The notes: generated by a model from the sequence alone, not told the origin. 64,000 nt of DNA from Eledone cirrhosa (GCA_964016885.1 OZ024740.1:268150001-268214000); one strand, 5' to 3'; shown: positions 1 to 12,806, numbered from the stretch's first letter. Program-made: numbers and translations.

Positions 1-237
1 GTAAACGAGAAAGGTAGGTTTGTGCTTACAGTTGAAAATGATCAGTCAAATATCGGAGAAAAATGACTGTGTAGCGTTAGTAAATGTTAAATTCGAAAGA
101 AAAGTGAGGATGGAACAAATAACTCATTCATCATTTGCTCATAAGGGACAACCTTGGTTTTTCAGTGATAATATTAGAAAACCTCCTATATAAAATACAC
201 CTATACACAAATACACATACACACACATATACATTAT

Positions 238-317
238 ATATTACCTACTCTACTACCCTAAGTATTGAGTACTTTGGTGCGTTATGGTCCATCTGGTTCC
301 TTACCACATTTCCTTCG

Positions 318-320
<3 letters not shown>
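238..320 (+). repeat. Tail segment of an interspersed repeat family ending at (TA)n (also 8275-8360 -, 10036-10120 -, 47352-47418 +); probable PLE 3' tail
   Basis: Shared 'tattaccc..tactaccct..attgagtactctggtgcgttatggtccatctggttccttacc' in four places, each abutting (TA)n. Confidence 0.7.
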
Positions 321-362
<42 letters not shown>

Positions 363-381
363 CGTGTGTGTGTGCGTGTGT

Positions 382-417
<36 letters not shown>

Positions 418-548
418 GTGTGTGCGTGTGTGTATAAAGTTAAGATCTGTAGAAGCTATTTCTATACTAAATTTGATGTTTACACTCTACTAATGTTTTG
501 AGTACCTTAGTAAATGTTACTTACACGGTTACCCGTGTTTGAACCCGA

Positions 549-606
<58 letters not shown>

Positions 607-625
607 TACACATATATAGAGAGAG

Positions 626-826
626 ACTAGGGTCGGCTGAAACGTTCATAGGCAAACTATGAAAGAGTGATGCTAGAGCTATGAAATCTTGCATAGATTA
701 ATTGGAACTCTTCTCATTAATAACAGCATTGTTTCTTTCCAGAAAATATGTTGAAAAATATACCTCATTCGGTCATTCTATGAGAATATCTAGGTCAGCC
801 TTTGAACTTTTCAGTCGACCCTTGTA
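626..826. mobile_element. ~200-bp Tc1/mariner-type MITE
   Basis: TIRs agggtcggctgaaacgttcataggc / gcctttgaacttttcagtcgaccct, TA on the right flank; related copies at 4567-5101, 10740-10940, 39413-39612. Confidence 0.75.
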
Positions 827-921
827 TATATATATATGAAAACAGGGAGACAGAGACGATTATTAGGAAGAAAAATATATTTTTTTCCTAACTCGTGTGC
901 TTCCTCTCCACATTTTATTAT

Positions 922-970
<49 letters not shown>

Positions 971-1125
971 TAAGGAGTTGACGGACCCAACATATTTATC
1001 AATGCCAGGACGGGTTGTATCTCAGTGTACTCAATAGATAATGTAGGATACATTCCAGAGTATACACATAGTTATTCGCTTCAAAACAACACAAGTAAAA
1101 CATAAAACGGGTGACTATAGTAGTT

Positions 1126-1236
1126 CCCGGACTCGAGTTTCTGCCACACTTAATGCAGCAGTAGGGTGCACTGCACCCTCTGTCTGCATATATTATGCAA
1201 CAATGCATAATCGGCGTATGTGGGTTCATCAGCGGG
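1126..1236 (-). ncRNA. Type I hammerhead ribozyme with long branched stem II
   Basis: Minus strand reads CCCG-CTGATGA-...-GAAA-CTCGAG-TC-CGGG: stem I CCCG/CGGG, palindromic stem III ACTCGAGT, GUC cleavage triplet; stem II closed by CCACAT/GTGTGG. Confidence 0.8.
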
Positions 1237-1606
1237 TATCGCCTAATCAGTAACCAATCGATCGACAGAATCCAAACCCCAGCGTATGCCGGCCATGACT
1301 GTTTGTGACAGCCGACACAGTAAAGTGATTAGCAACTGGAATCCGATACAATTCTGTCCATCGACCAGCCACCGATTTACAAACTTTAGGTTGTGGCTGG
1401 AGAATAGAAAACAAATCTTTTCGTTCCCGTCAAAATCTCTCAGCCAACGTGTCTCAAACACAAATTAATAAGAAGTGAAGTAGTAGTACAAGGTAGGAAA
1501 ACTTATTCATGGTATTCTCATCGGCACTAGTTAAACAAGTTGGCCCTCAGGGCTAACGAAACATATCTAGTAATCTAGTATGGCACCCTTCTAGTAACTG
1601 GCCTTA

Positions 1607-1676
<70 letters not shown>

Positions 1677-2023
1677 ATGGATATGTGCGTGCATGTGTGT
1701 GTGTGTGTTTGTGTGCAGGAAAAACTGTTGCATCCATAATGTATGTATATATCTATATAATATTGAATCACAAATAAACGACTAAACGTTCTCCTTATGT
1801 CTTCGTTCCTCTAGTATTTTATTGGTATGTATGTCGGTGAATAACCATTGTACTTCCGATCGTGACATAGACTGCGTCGTTATACTGTTCAATAATCACG
1901 CAAATTATGTCTTCTTTTATTTTCTCAATTCAATGGTGTTTCAATTGTTTGGTTGAATTGTTTTTTTTTTGTTTTGTTTTCTTAAAGCAACTAAACTAGG
2001 CCACATACGAAGGCTGTAGCAAT

Positions 2024-2074
<51 letters not shown>

Positions 2075-2177
2075 GTATATATATGTATATATATATGTAT
2101 ATATATATATATATGTGTGTGTATATCTATATCTATATATATGTGTATATATATATATATATATATGTATTTATTTA

Positions 2178-2712
2178 TTTAGGTTTGTTGGTTCACCACT
2201 GGATAGAATTGGTCATTCCGTATGGTCAATCTCGATGTAATATTATGCAGCTCACCCATCTTCGTTTGTGTAGTTGGTGGTGCGAGTACGGAGTTAATTA
2301 TTATAATAAAATAACAGGAGGCTGGACTTGTGTAAATCCTTGAAAAGTTTATTATACTATGATCATTTCAATGACCGGGTTCCGTATGAATCCGGTGATA
2401 TCTGGTATTCAAAATATAACAAAGGAATATAACAGATAAAATCCAAGGGGCTGAAAATCATAAACAAGAGGACGACCGACCATCTAGCATCTACTTTGAG
2501 GGCGACCGACTAAAGTAGTAGATGCTAGATGGTCGGTCGTCCTCTTGTTTATGATTTTCAGCCCCATGGATCTTATCTGTTATATTCCTTTGTCATATTT
2601 CGAATACCTGATGATATCACCGGGTTCATACGGAACCCGGTCATTGAAATGATCATAGTATAATAAACCTTTCAAGGATTTAGACAAGTCCAGCCTCCAG
2701 TTATTTTATTAT
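2178..2712 (-). mobile_element. Fold-back PLE-like 3'-end element (palindrome ~2302-2710 plus one-sided tail 2178-2300) within (TA)n
   Basis: ~200-bp near-perfect inverted arms centred ~2500; same family as 15915-17333 and tail-only 37030-37165; carries an HHR. Confidence 0.75.
2604..2661 (+). ncRNA. Minimal hammerhead ribozyme
   Basis: ATAC-CTGATGA-[accgggttc/gaacccggt stem II]-GAAA-TGATCA-TA-GTAT; palindromic stem III. Confidence 0.75.
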
Positions 2713-2724
2713 ATATATATATAG

Positions 2725-3070
2725 TTTTGCGAGGTTTTTGATATGAAATGGTGTGTCGAAACAAATATTGTTATACTTGGGGAGGGTCATATTTGTGTAA
2801 TATTGCCAGAATTAATAACAGAACACTGACGATGTTGCAGATGTGCAACGAAAGAACTTTCATAGACTATATATATGTGTTTGTGTCTATATTGTATCTG
2901 TATTTTTGACCGTTGGTCAGTCAATGGCAACATTGAGGACCGAATAAATTAAATTAACCGATATAAAAGACACAGAAGTGAAAAGCGAAAACCAACCAAA
3001 CAGTGAGTGTGTTCTGTTATTAATTCTGGCAATATTACACAAATATGACCCTCCCCAAGTTTAACAATAT
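2725..3070. repeat. Inverted repeat (~65-bp arms, ~180-bp spacer) between (TA)n tracts, with an HHR core at 2826-2853
   Basis: atattgttatacttggggagggtcatatttgtgtaatattgccagaattaataacagaacac and its reverse complement; CTGACGA-T-GTTGCA-gatg-TGCAAC-GAAA with no clear stem I. Confidence 0.65.
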
Positions 3071-3086
3071 ATATATATGTATACTC

Positions 3087-3152
3087 GATTCTGATGCGCT
3101 TATACTAACAGGAAAGAATATTCTGGTTAGTATAAAGAAACGGTCGTAAATC
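3087..3152 (+). ncRNA. Hammerhead-like motif with one core substitution (CUGAUGC)
   Basis: GATT-CTGATGC-[ttatactaac/gttagtataa]-GAAA-CGGTCG-TA-AATC in a ~110-bp insert between (TA)n tracts. Confidence 0.6.
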
Positions 3153-3479
3153 AATTAAATTATGTAATTTAAATCTTTTGTTAATATTTATTATATATAT
3201 ATATATATATATATATTTATAAAAAAGTATGTATACGTATCAGCCATACTAAGAGTGAGAAATGCAATTTCATTTTTTCCATATATATTATATATATATA
3301 CATTCATATTCATAGATTTAAGTACATGCTACCCTAAATGAAATGTTGAATTCAAAATAATTCCTAATTACTTGATGTTACAGCGTTGGTGAGTTAAATA
3401 AAAAACAGCGTCAATAAAAATCTCTGTACACAGGTGGCAAGGGAGATAACGGGTGTAATTTTATCCAAAGAAAAATTAA

Positions 3480-3960
3480 ATGTCCTGGGGGTAAAATCTT
3501 CAAACACTCCCCCCAGCTGGTCCTGTCAGAAGCAGCCGTCTCCAATTGATCCGGTTGGATCCCCAACTGAGCTCAACCGAACTGATGGATGTTATCCAGC
3601 CATCTTGCTTGGGTTCTGTACTCCTGGGTCTCCTGCTAGCTGGTTTTGAGCGTAAAATCTGTCCAGTGACTCTTTCCTGAGATATTCTAACCATACATCT
3701 CTATATTGGAACTGTGATCAATCAATCCGGAGAAGTTCTTGCTCTACCAGGAGTGACTCCCTGATTTCCAATCTACGCACTCTATCGTGTAAAGTTACTT
3801 CAAAGACTCTTCAGAGGAACCTAATTTGGACCACTTGTATTGGAGATTGTACTATTTCGGTATCAGTCTCTGGTTTTAAAATAGTGAGACTCAAATTCCC
3901 CTTACCCCTCTAGTCAGGACATTAATTTAAAGTAAGCAAACATTTCTGCAAGTAGAACTG
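3480..3960 (-). mobile_element. Decayed RTE-clade LINE 3' fragment
   Basis: Minus translation resembles RTE ORF2 C-terminus (FLxRV..VTLHDRVR..EIRESL.VE; MVRISQER..RRPRS..W); homologous to 33815-33945, 38455-38710, 63728-63930. Confidence 0.7.
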
Positions 3961-4566
3961 AGCAGGACTACGAAGCAATCATCAATTTTACTTTGCGGCA
4001 TTTTATAACCTTGTTTAGAGCTAAGTGTAGGATTAAACTACCGCAACAGCTAGTTGCGCAACACACTATTACCTCTGTCATATATGCTCTCATTCAATAC
4101 AATATTACCTATTATTCCCGCCCCCCCCCGCAACCGTTGTGTAGATTTGACAATAAATATGAGGTAAACATTTCCTAATGTGCTGTGTAGAAAATTAATA
4201 AATAAATTATCTGTATGTATGAATTTACTTCATATATGTGAATATGTATATGTATTCACGCATACGCAAAATTAATTCACCTCATTCTTGATATATGCAT
4301 ATATGTATTTCGTTTAAATATACATATATGTAAATACATACAGGAGAAACTGTATTATTATAACTGCATATATAGCTGTTAATATACCGGTGTATGAACA
4401 ATTTATTAATATATTATATATACATATTCTAATATTCGAGTAAACATTTAGCTATGGGTACAATATTGACAGAAACAATGACTTTAATATTTTGTCAACC
4501 TAACTAAAAATCATCACCTCTTTTTCCGTAAATCTAATTCATTCAACTCTGCATAACATATTAATA

Positions 4567-5101
4567 TACAAGGGTGGATTGAAAAGTTCATAGGCTGACT
4601 ATAAAGGAGGGATGCTAGAACTGTGAAGGCGCATGGCTTAGTGATTAGAGCATTGGGCTTGCAATCGAGAAGTTGTGAGTTCGATTCCCGGACCGGGTGA
4701 TGCGTTTTGTCCTTAAGCAAGACACTTTATTTCACGTGGCTCCAGTTTACTCAGCTGTAGAAATGACTTGCGATGTCACTGTTGCCAAGCTGTATCGACC
4801 ATTGCCTTTCCCTTGGACAACATCGGTGGCGTGGAGAGGGGAGGCTGGTATGCATGGGCGATTGCTGGTCTTCTATAAAACAAACTTGCCCGGTCTTGTG
4901 CCTCAGAGGGAAATTTTCTAGGCGCAAATACCATTCTAGGTGCAAATGCCAGAAGTGGGGTCAGAGATAAATCTAGAATTCATTAATTTCAAATCTTTTT
5001 ATTAATAACTGCATTGTATCTTTCCAGAGACTACGTTGAAAATAAACCTCATTTGGTCATTCCATGAGTGTATCTTGGTAAGCCTTTGAACCTTTCAGCC
5101 T
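4567..5101. mobile_element. Mariner-type MITE interrupted by a SINE
   Basis: Left (4567-4625) and right (~4980-5101) halves match the 626-826 MITE. Confidence 0.7.
4623..4970 (+). mobile_element. tRNA-derived SINE with CORE-like middle
   Basis: A box tggcttagtgattag, B box gagttcgattccc, then gtccttaagcaagacacttt; same head at 15563-15630 and 62100-62230 (-). Confidence 0.8.
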
Positions 5102-6221
5102 ATGCACATTTCAGTCGAATCTCGTACGTTTCCAAAAATACAAGCATAATATCCACCTCAAGATGGGTATGAGTCTCCTTAATTAGATGGCACTTTATTA
5201 TATGTATGTACAGATATTTGTCTCCACTGTGGAGAGCTCAGTCTAATACACATTTATATCTTACTTTCATCTAAGAATTCATTGATCGGGCTATTGCGTC
5301 TTAAATAATATGTTATGGAACCACCAGTAAATGAACGTTTATTGAATTTCCACTCTTCTTGATAATATTCACAAATAATCTACTACCAGAAAGCTCTGCT
5401 GGAAAGAATATTTACACCAATGTTTTTTAAAATCCTCTGACTGAAATTACATCAGATTTCATCTGGATTAAAATTAAATCTCCTTTTTGAGATACAAAAA
5501 TGCGAACTAATCGGATTACATGAGTCATCACTCAAGGACCTCTAGGATATGGCATCAAGAAAAATGGATATTATTGCTATAATAGATATCCTGCCAACAA
5601 AAACTTACTATAGATTTATACTGTCCTTCTATCGGGAATTCTTTTATGTATTTATTTTTTAAATATTTATTTGTATATTTATTCATTTTTATCTATGAAA
5701 AAATCCTTTTATATTCCACTATTTTACACACAACACCATGCACGCCTTTACGATTATAATTCTTTCTCATCATTGAACCTAAAAAGAAACAGGATACTAT
5801 TTTGAAAAATCTCCATTTACAAGTATATTATCAACGCCCAGTAATTAAAATCAAGTAATGGATTACTAATGATTTCTTTTGATCAGCAACAAAGCCACAT
5901 TTGTAGGAGATAAGACAGGGAGAGGTAGGAGGAGAATGGAATCGATTTAATCGACCATATTACTAGTTATGTTATCATGAATTATAATACTGGTATTTAT
6001 ATTATTGACTAAAGAGGGACGAGAGACACAATCAATATCGAAAGGCATTGAACCCAGAACTGAAAATTATGTCGCTGGCCCGTAAATTATTATGCCATAT
6101 CCATTCCTCTACAACTGTTTTTAAGAGTAATTACAAAGAGGAAAATATCACTTGATTATTATGAAAACTAATCGAAGTCAATATACTTTACTCCTGTGAT
6201 TATTACCTATCTTTATGTGTA

Positions 6222-6410
6222 CTGGATTGGCAGTATCGGTAGATGGTCAGACGCCATGCTTTGCAGCACAGATTTACGGTCCCTTATGGTCTGAGTTCAA
6301 ATCCCGCCGAGGTTAACTTTGCCATTCATCCTTACGGAGTCGATAAAATAAAGTACCTCTAATGCACAGGGATAATTGCTGGCCTTGTGCCAAAAGTAGA
6401 AACAATTATT
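6222..6410 (+). mobile_element. tRNA-derived SINE (resembles octopus OK-type family)
   Basis: ggattggcagtatcggtag...gagttcaaatcccgccgaggttaactttgcc...tgctggccttgtgccaaaagtagaaacaattatt; about 10 copies in the window. Confidence 0.8.
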
Positions 6411-6504
6411 ACCTATTTTCTATGTCAATTACATACACCGCCATATACTAGGCATATAGAAACATGCATGGGCACACTCACACACACATAAACATTCGCA
6501 TATA

Positions 6505-6690
6505 TAATTGTCTCTACTTTAGGCACAAGGCCAGCAATTACCCAGTGCATTACTGGTACTTTATTTTATCGACCCCGTAAGGATGAAAGGCAAAGTCAAC
6601 CTCGGCGGGATTTGAACTCAGATCGTAAAGGGACGTAACTATGCTGGAAAGCATGGCGTCCGACCCTCTACTGATACTGCCAATCCACCC
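6505..6690 (-). mobile_element. Same SINE family, reverse orientation
   Basis: Reverse complement of the 6222-6410 consensus; flanked by direct repeat ataaacattcgcatatataat (~6488 and ~6691), a likely TSD. Confidence 0.8.
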
Positions 6691-6842
6691 ATAAACATTC
6701 GCATATATAATACAACCTATATTCACTTTCCTTCCATTCCTCAGAGATCAATGAAATATATACTGGCACACAGTCATATGGCTAAATCCCTAGAAAGAAT
6801 AAAATAAGAGATGTTTCTCCCCCTTCCCTCTATTTCTATCAA

Positions 6843-6878
<36 letters not shown>

Positions 6879-7382
6879 AATATATCGATATATAAATAAA
6901 TGAATATATATATATACGCAAACACACAGACACACACACACGCACACACGTACACACACACACGCATACATATGTATGTATGTGTATGTGTATGTGTGTG
7001 TGTGTGAGTCCCAGGTTCAATCGGAGGTAACTACAGTAAGTGAGGTATATACACTACAGTAGTAGAGTATGTACAAAATTTAATATAGAAATGGCTAACT
7101 GGCTTCTGCAGGACTAGAACTGTTTCATTCGTAAGAAATCACCAAGAAAGCTTTCCTTAAATGGGGGAGAAGAGATAACACGTTCATTAAATTAGTATTC
7201 ACAAACTTAAGAAAATTAACAAAGAGAAGATAACGGATGAAAAACAACTTTTTAAGAGGAACTCTTAACAAATTATTTTATATAAGAGATGTCAACATGA
7301 AAGGACCTATTATTTTTATCTAAAGACATTTTTTCCAATTCCATCCCGCCCGTCCCCTCAATCTATCTTATTTCTGATTCTT

Positions 7383-7418
7383 TCTTCTGATGAAGGACTA
7401 ACGTCCGAAACGTTAAGA
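7383..7418 (+). ncRNA. Minimal (36-nt) hammerhead ribozyme in a probable PLE 3' UTR
   Basis: TCTT-CTGATGA-A-GGAC-taac-GTCC-GAAA-CG-TT-AAGA; ~90 nt upstream of (TA)n. Confidence 0.75.
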
Positions 7419-7511
7419 CCCTCTTCCTGCTATATCAAGCGTTAACCTAATATATCCCTTCCATATACTGTACCGATTGTGTTGTTATTTCTGTTTACCT
7501 TTCACACATAT

Positions 7512-7600
<89 letters not shown>

Positions 7601-7650
7601 TGTATGTATGTATGTATGTATGTATGTATGTATATATATATATATATTAT

Positions 7651-8260
7651 GTCAGGTCACCACTTGGTGCTACTGGTAACATGTATCCCAGTACAACCTG
7701 TCTCATGGTCGGGTCGTTGGCGACTAAACTGGCAACCCCACTAAGGTTTCTTGGTGAGGAGGGTGACTTTGGACATCCTGCAGGACTAAAAACAAAACCT
7801 GTCAAAGGGCAAAGGAGCTCTTAAGAGTCAATGGCCATCCAAAATCACCGGGAGAGATGACCCCTTAGCCTTTGTCAAGGCAGAATTCTAGGAGAAGGAA
7901 AACTCTGATATAACACCTGCAACCCTGATGGTATCCAATGATGTTGACTTGTTCTTCTTTTTGGTAAATATCATCTTGGTTAAGAGAGTGGGACTGGCTT
8001 TGTGCAGTGCCTTTGCTCACTATAAAAGCTTCACGGCACAGGCATTGCTTTGTATCTGGAGATCTCTCTGCACTTGTCATTACATGGTACCATGGGCCCA
8101 GCACTATGTGTCAATAATTGTCACAAGTGTAGTGTTTGTACCAGAGTTTTCAAGTTGCTGGCTGGACTAAAAAGTCACACTCGTTCAGCGTATCGGTAGG
8201 GGTTCTCCTACATGGTTATAAAGTAGTGGCCGTACTCGAAAACGAGTTGGCAGCCACCAT
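7651..8260 (+). mobile_element. Bipartite non-autonomous RTE-derived retroelement, subfamily A, full length
   Basis: RTE-5'UTR-like part joined to a 3' end encoding a C2H2 remnant ([19 protein letters not shown]); flanked by (ATGT)n/(AT)n; six more copies in the window. Confidence 0.7.
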
Positions 8261-8274
8261 ATATATATATATAT

Positions 8275-8540
8275 CACAAAGAGTGTGTGGTAAGATACCA
8301 GGTGGTCCATAACGCACCAGAGTACTCAATATTGAGGGCAGTATAGTGGGTAATAGAAAAAGAGTCAGGACAGCAACAGTTGAGCTCCGGTCGTTTCGAC
8401 AGCTAGATCCGAACGGATCAACCTGTCGAAACGGTCGGAGCTCGGCCGTCGGGCTCGTGATTCTTTTCCTATATATATAGGAGAAAGTATAACCCCGACC
8501 TCAGAGCTCAAGCCGTTTCGACGGCTATTTCTGGATAGAA
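8275..8540 (-). repeat. Tail plus nested hairpins of the 'gagctc..cgtttcgac' fold-back family
   Basis: Hairpin 8383-8443 and a second inversion centred on tatatata ~8475; related to 10036-10365 and 47200-47418. Confidence 0.6.
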
Positions 8541-8731
8541 ATATATATATTGCAGTACGTACAATCTGGACACTCACACACACCTTGGTGTTATGACAAT
8601 ATTATACACCATTTCACCCCTTTTATTATTAATGTTTTTGATGTTCTTTTGAGAGAATCGTCTTTGCAAATTACTGAAAATATCGAATAATGTACACCAT
8701 TTTTACCAGTATCACAAAAATACTGGTCCAT

Positions 8732-8767
<36 letters not shown>

Positions 8768-8864
8768 ACGCACACACACACACACACACATACACACATA
8801 CACACACACGCGTACACTAACATACAAACAGACATACACACACACACACTTCTCCGTATAAGAC

Positions 8865-8969
8865 AAGAGCTGAAAAATATCTTTCAACATGTTAAAATAT
8901 CCCCACACACGTACACACACATTCCTACTGACCGAATTTATTTCCTCTACCACGAACCACTCTGCTACA

Positions 8970-9022
<53 letters not shown>

Positions 9023-9561
9023 TTGTGCAATTCATACACACATACCTACTGACAATTATCACAACAATGAACCTCTTTACTACACACACACACACACACA
9101 CATATTTGTCTTAATAAACTTATTTTTCAGTGACTTCTCAATCAGGCGAAAAAGGACACTCTTCGACAAACCTAAATTTGGCGCAAAATCAATTTTTAAC
9201 ATTCACGTGACCTCTACCGACCAATCAAAATTGTTTTGACTACAAGAATTTTTGCAACACGAATTGGCGCGAAATTTATCGTACTCATTCACGTGACATT
9301 CAACAACCAACCAAATCTTAATACCTCTGGAGCCACTTTTTTCACCTAAAACAGGAAGAATTTCCCAAACTGATCAGATTAGAGCAAACATCACGTGCGC
9401 TCTATCTCAAAATTATTTTTGAAAAGAATTAGAAATGCACAACCGGTAAAAACTTTAAACTAAAACTGAATACTAACCAATACTTATTACTAATTTATAC
9501 TTATTCCTAATTAAACTATTTTTCACTGGGAAAAATTTGTCAGTATTTTCTTTTCCTTTTA

Positions 9562-9565
<4 letters not shown>
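8865..9565 (+). mobile_element. PLE-like 3' UTR with degenerate HHR (~9418-9452); inverted diverged copy at 12072-12770
   Basis: Colinear reverse-complement similarity over ~700 bp; the 12.2-kb copy reads TTGAAAA-GCAT-tagaa-ATGC-GCAA-CCGG-TA; both end at (TA)n. Confidence 0.6.
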
Positions 9566-9634
<69 letters not shown>

Positions 9635-9640
<6 letters not shown>

Positions 9641-9988
9641 GAGAGGTTGTTTTTTTTTACAGAATGAAAAATAACCGAGGTGTCCTACACGAGTGAAAGT
9701 ATAAAGAAAAAAAGATGAAATCGAAAATGCAATTGGAGTCTTATTTAAAAAAATATATATATATTTATTTGGTTCCTTTACCGGTTTCGCAGTTCTTCTG
9801 CTTTTCAAAAGTAGAGTTGAGATGGAGGGTCTGTGGTTTTTCTCACATCTGAGAAAAACCACAGACCCTCCATCTCAACTCTACTTTTGAAAAGCAGAAG
9901 AACTGCGAAACCGGTAAAGGAACCAAATAAATATATATATATTTTTTTAAATAAGACTCCAGTTACATTTTCGATTTCATCTTTTTTT

Positions 9989-9992
<4 letters not shown>
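9635..9992 (-). mobile_element. Fold-back element (arms ~9703-9844 / ~9851-9992) with degenerate HHR in both arms
   Basis: Near-perfect palindrome; CTT-TTGAAAA-GCAG-aagaa-CTGC-GAAA-CCGG-TA-AAG at 9884-9920; (TA)n on both sides. Confidence 0.75.
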
Positions 9993-10035
<43 letters not shown>

Positions 10036-10039
<4 letters not shown>

Positions 10040-10365
10040 ACGAAGGAAGTGTGGTAAGGAACCAGATGGACCATAACGTACCAGAGTACTCAATACTTAG
10101 AGTAGTAGAGTGGGTAATAGGAAAATGTTCAAGACCCCGACGGCAGAGTTCAACCCATTTCGACGGCTATTTCTGGACTAAATTAGAATGTTTAGCGTGG
10201 TAATAAATAACCGAACTTTTCAAGGGCTAATTCCTTATATGCGAAGAATGTAGTTGTCAAAATAATTGGTCAAAATTTCTTTTAAACACAATTAAATCTA
10301 TTTAGTCCAGAAATAGCCGTCGAAACGGCTTGAGCTCTGCCGTCGGGGTCTTGAAAATGTTCCTA
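10036..10365 (-). repeat. Tail plus inverted repeat (~65-bp arms, ~115-bp spacer) flanked by (TA)n
   Basis: gaccccgacggcagag..tttcgacggctatttctggactaaa and its reverse complement. Confidence 0.7.
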
Positions 10366-10739
10366 TATATATATATATGCACACACACAACCCCCCCCCC
10401 CCACATATATATATTCGTCTTTCTCATATAGAAACGACTAAAATATTTCCCCCAGTTGCCAGTCTTTGAATTGAAGTCTACCAATAAAATTTGCTGTTAG
10501 CCTTCAGCTGGACCTAACGCCATTTAGTGTTCATAAGGACGGAACAGTCACTTAAAACAGTTAAATTGGTTATCATTCAAGTGGAGACGTTAAGTTATAA
10601 ATCAATCCTATACAGTTTTGTACGTAGTTCAGAACGAGGTACGAGGCCAACACCAGAATTTTTGAGAGCTACAGGTTATTAGTTAAAAATTTCACTATGA
10701 AAAGTATGATATGTAAAGACATTTCACTATATCCTCTAA

Positions 10740-10940
10740 ACAAGGGTAGGCAGTAATGTTCATAGGCTGACTGTGAAGGATTGATACGAGAGCTGTGAAA
10801 TGAAGCCTGCGTTAATTTCAATATTTCTTATTGATTACTGCATTGTTTACTATTAGTGACAATCTCGAAGAATATATCTCATTTGATCATTTCACGAGAG
10901 TATCGTGATCAGCCAATTAACTTTTCAGCAGACTATCGTA
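10740..10940. mobile_element. Diverged mariner-type MITE
   Basis: Similar to 626-826. Confidence 0.6.
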
Positions 10941-11375
10941 CATACAAAAATACATTAAAAAAAACAAACAAAAATACATAAGAGATTACCTTTAGGGATT
11001 TCAGAGATAATTATTAGAAGATTACTACTATGATTTAGCTTGGAGAAGAATATTTGTAGAGCATCGCTATATAAGCTAAGAAGATTACAGATTATAAATG
11101 AAATGAGCACAAAAGAATCGTGAGACGTGCATTCGTTTGGCAATGCAATTTATTAGATAATAAATATTTATGCTAAAACACACCGTGTATTAGAAGAGTA
11201 GATAAACTACATTAAACTTTTTCTTATTAGAAGCATTGCTGCAAAAGTATTAAGTGTAAACACTTTTCACTATTTCCTCTGTGCAATGAAAAACATAAGT
11301 GATTACATGCATTTCAAGGGGGTGGTTATCTACTGATCAGAAGATAATTATCAACACATACATACACATACACAC

Positions 11376-11453
<78 letters not shown>

Positions 11454-11456
11454 ATA

Positions 11457-11942
11457 GAGGCGGTTTTCCTTTGTGTGATAGCTATGGCGAAAGAGGTTGT
11501 ATGGTGGACAAGGTTGAAAGGGCTGAGGTCAGACACCTTTCTCTCCGGCCAACAACTGATTCTTTTGTTCAAATACCACTTTGGAAGAAGAATTAGGATG
11601 GAGAGAGAGGTGCTGTACCCCAGCAAGTTTTATGAAAGGTGGCTGAAAGTGGCGAGAATGGCCCGAGTGAATGGGCCTTTTCTCTATATCAGCCTGTAGG
11701 TTGAGGAAAAGGAGGAGGAGAGGAAAGGAGTACAAGCTCTTCGTACTCCTGGAGATGAGGGTTGCACATTTTTTTTCTTCGGGGGTATGTGTTACCCATA
11801 TAAACTGTCTCCCTCTATTGGGGAAAATCGACTAACTTTTAAATTCCATCTGTGATAACATTTTACACGTTTTTATTGTATGTAAACTTCCCCCTTTGTA
11901 TTTGTCCCCTTCTTTTGTGCCCCTGTGGCTAATAAAGAAATA

Positions 11943-11943
<1 letters not shown>
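11457..11943 (+). mobile_element. Tx1-like LINE 3' fragment inserted in (TATC)n
   Basis: ORF AKEVVWWTRLKGLRSDTFLSGQQL..; AATAAA at the end; (TATC)n on both sides; matches 48685-49170. Confidence 0.8.
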
Positions 11944-12010
<67 letters not shown>

Positions 12011-12032
12011 TACACAGGCACGTATGCATGTA

Positions 12033-12806
<774 letters not shown>

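Noticed and set aside
4623-4700. tRNA gene
   Set aside because: A and B boxes run into a SINE body; no complete cloverleaf
7865-8170. Repeated 79-80-aa ORFs resembling a small gene family
   Set aside because: They are frames within a repeated RTE-derived element; conservation reflects recent copies
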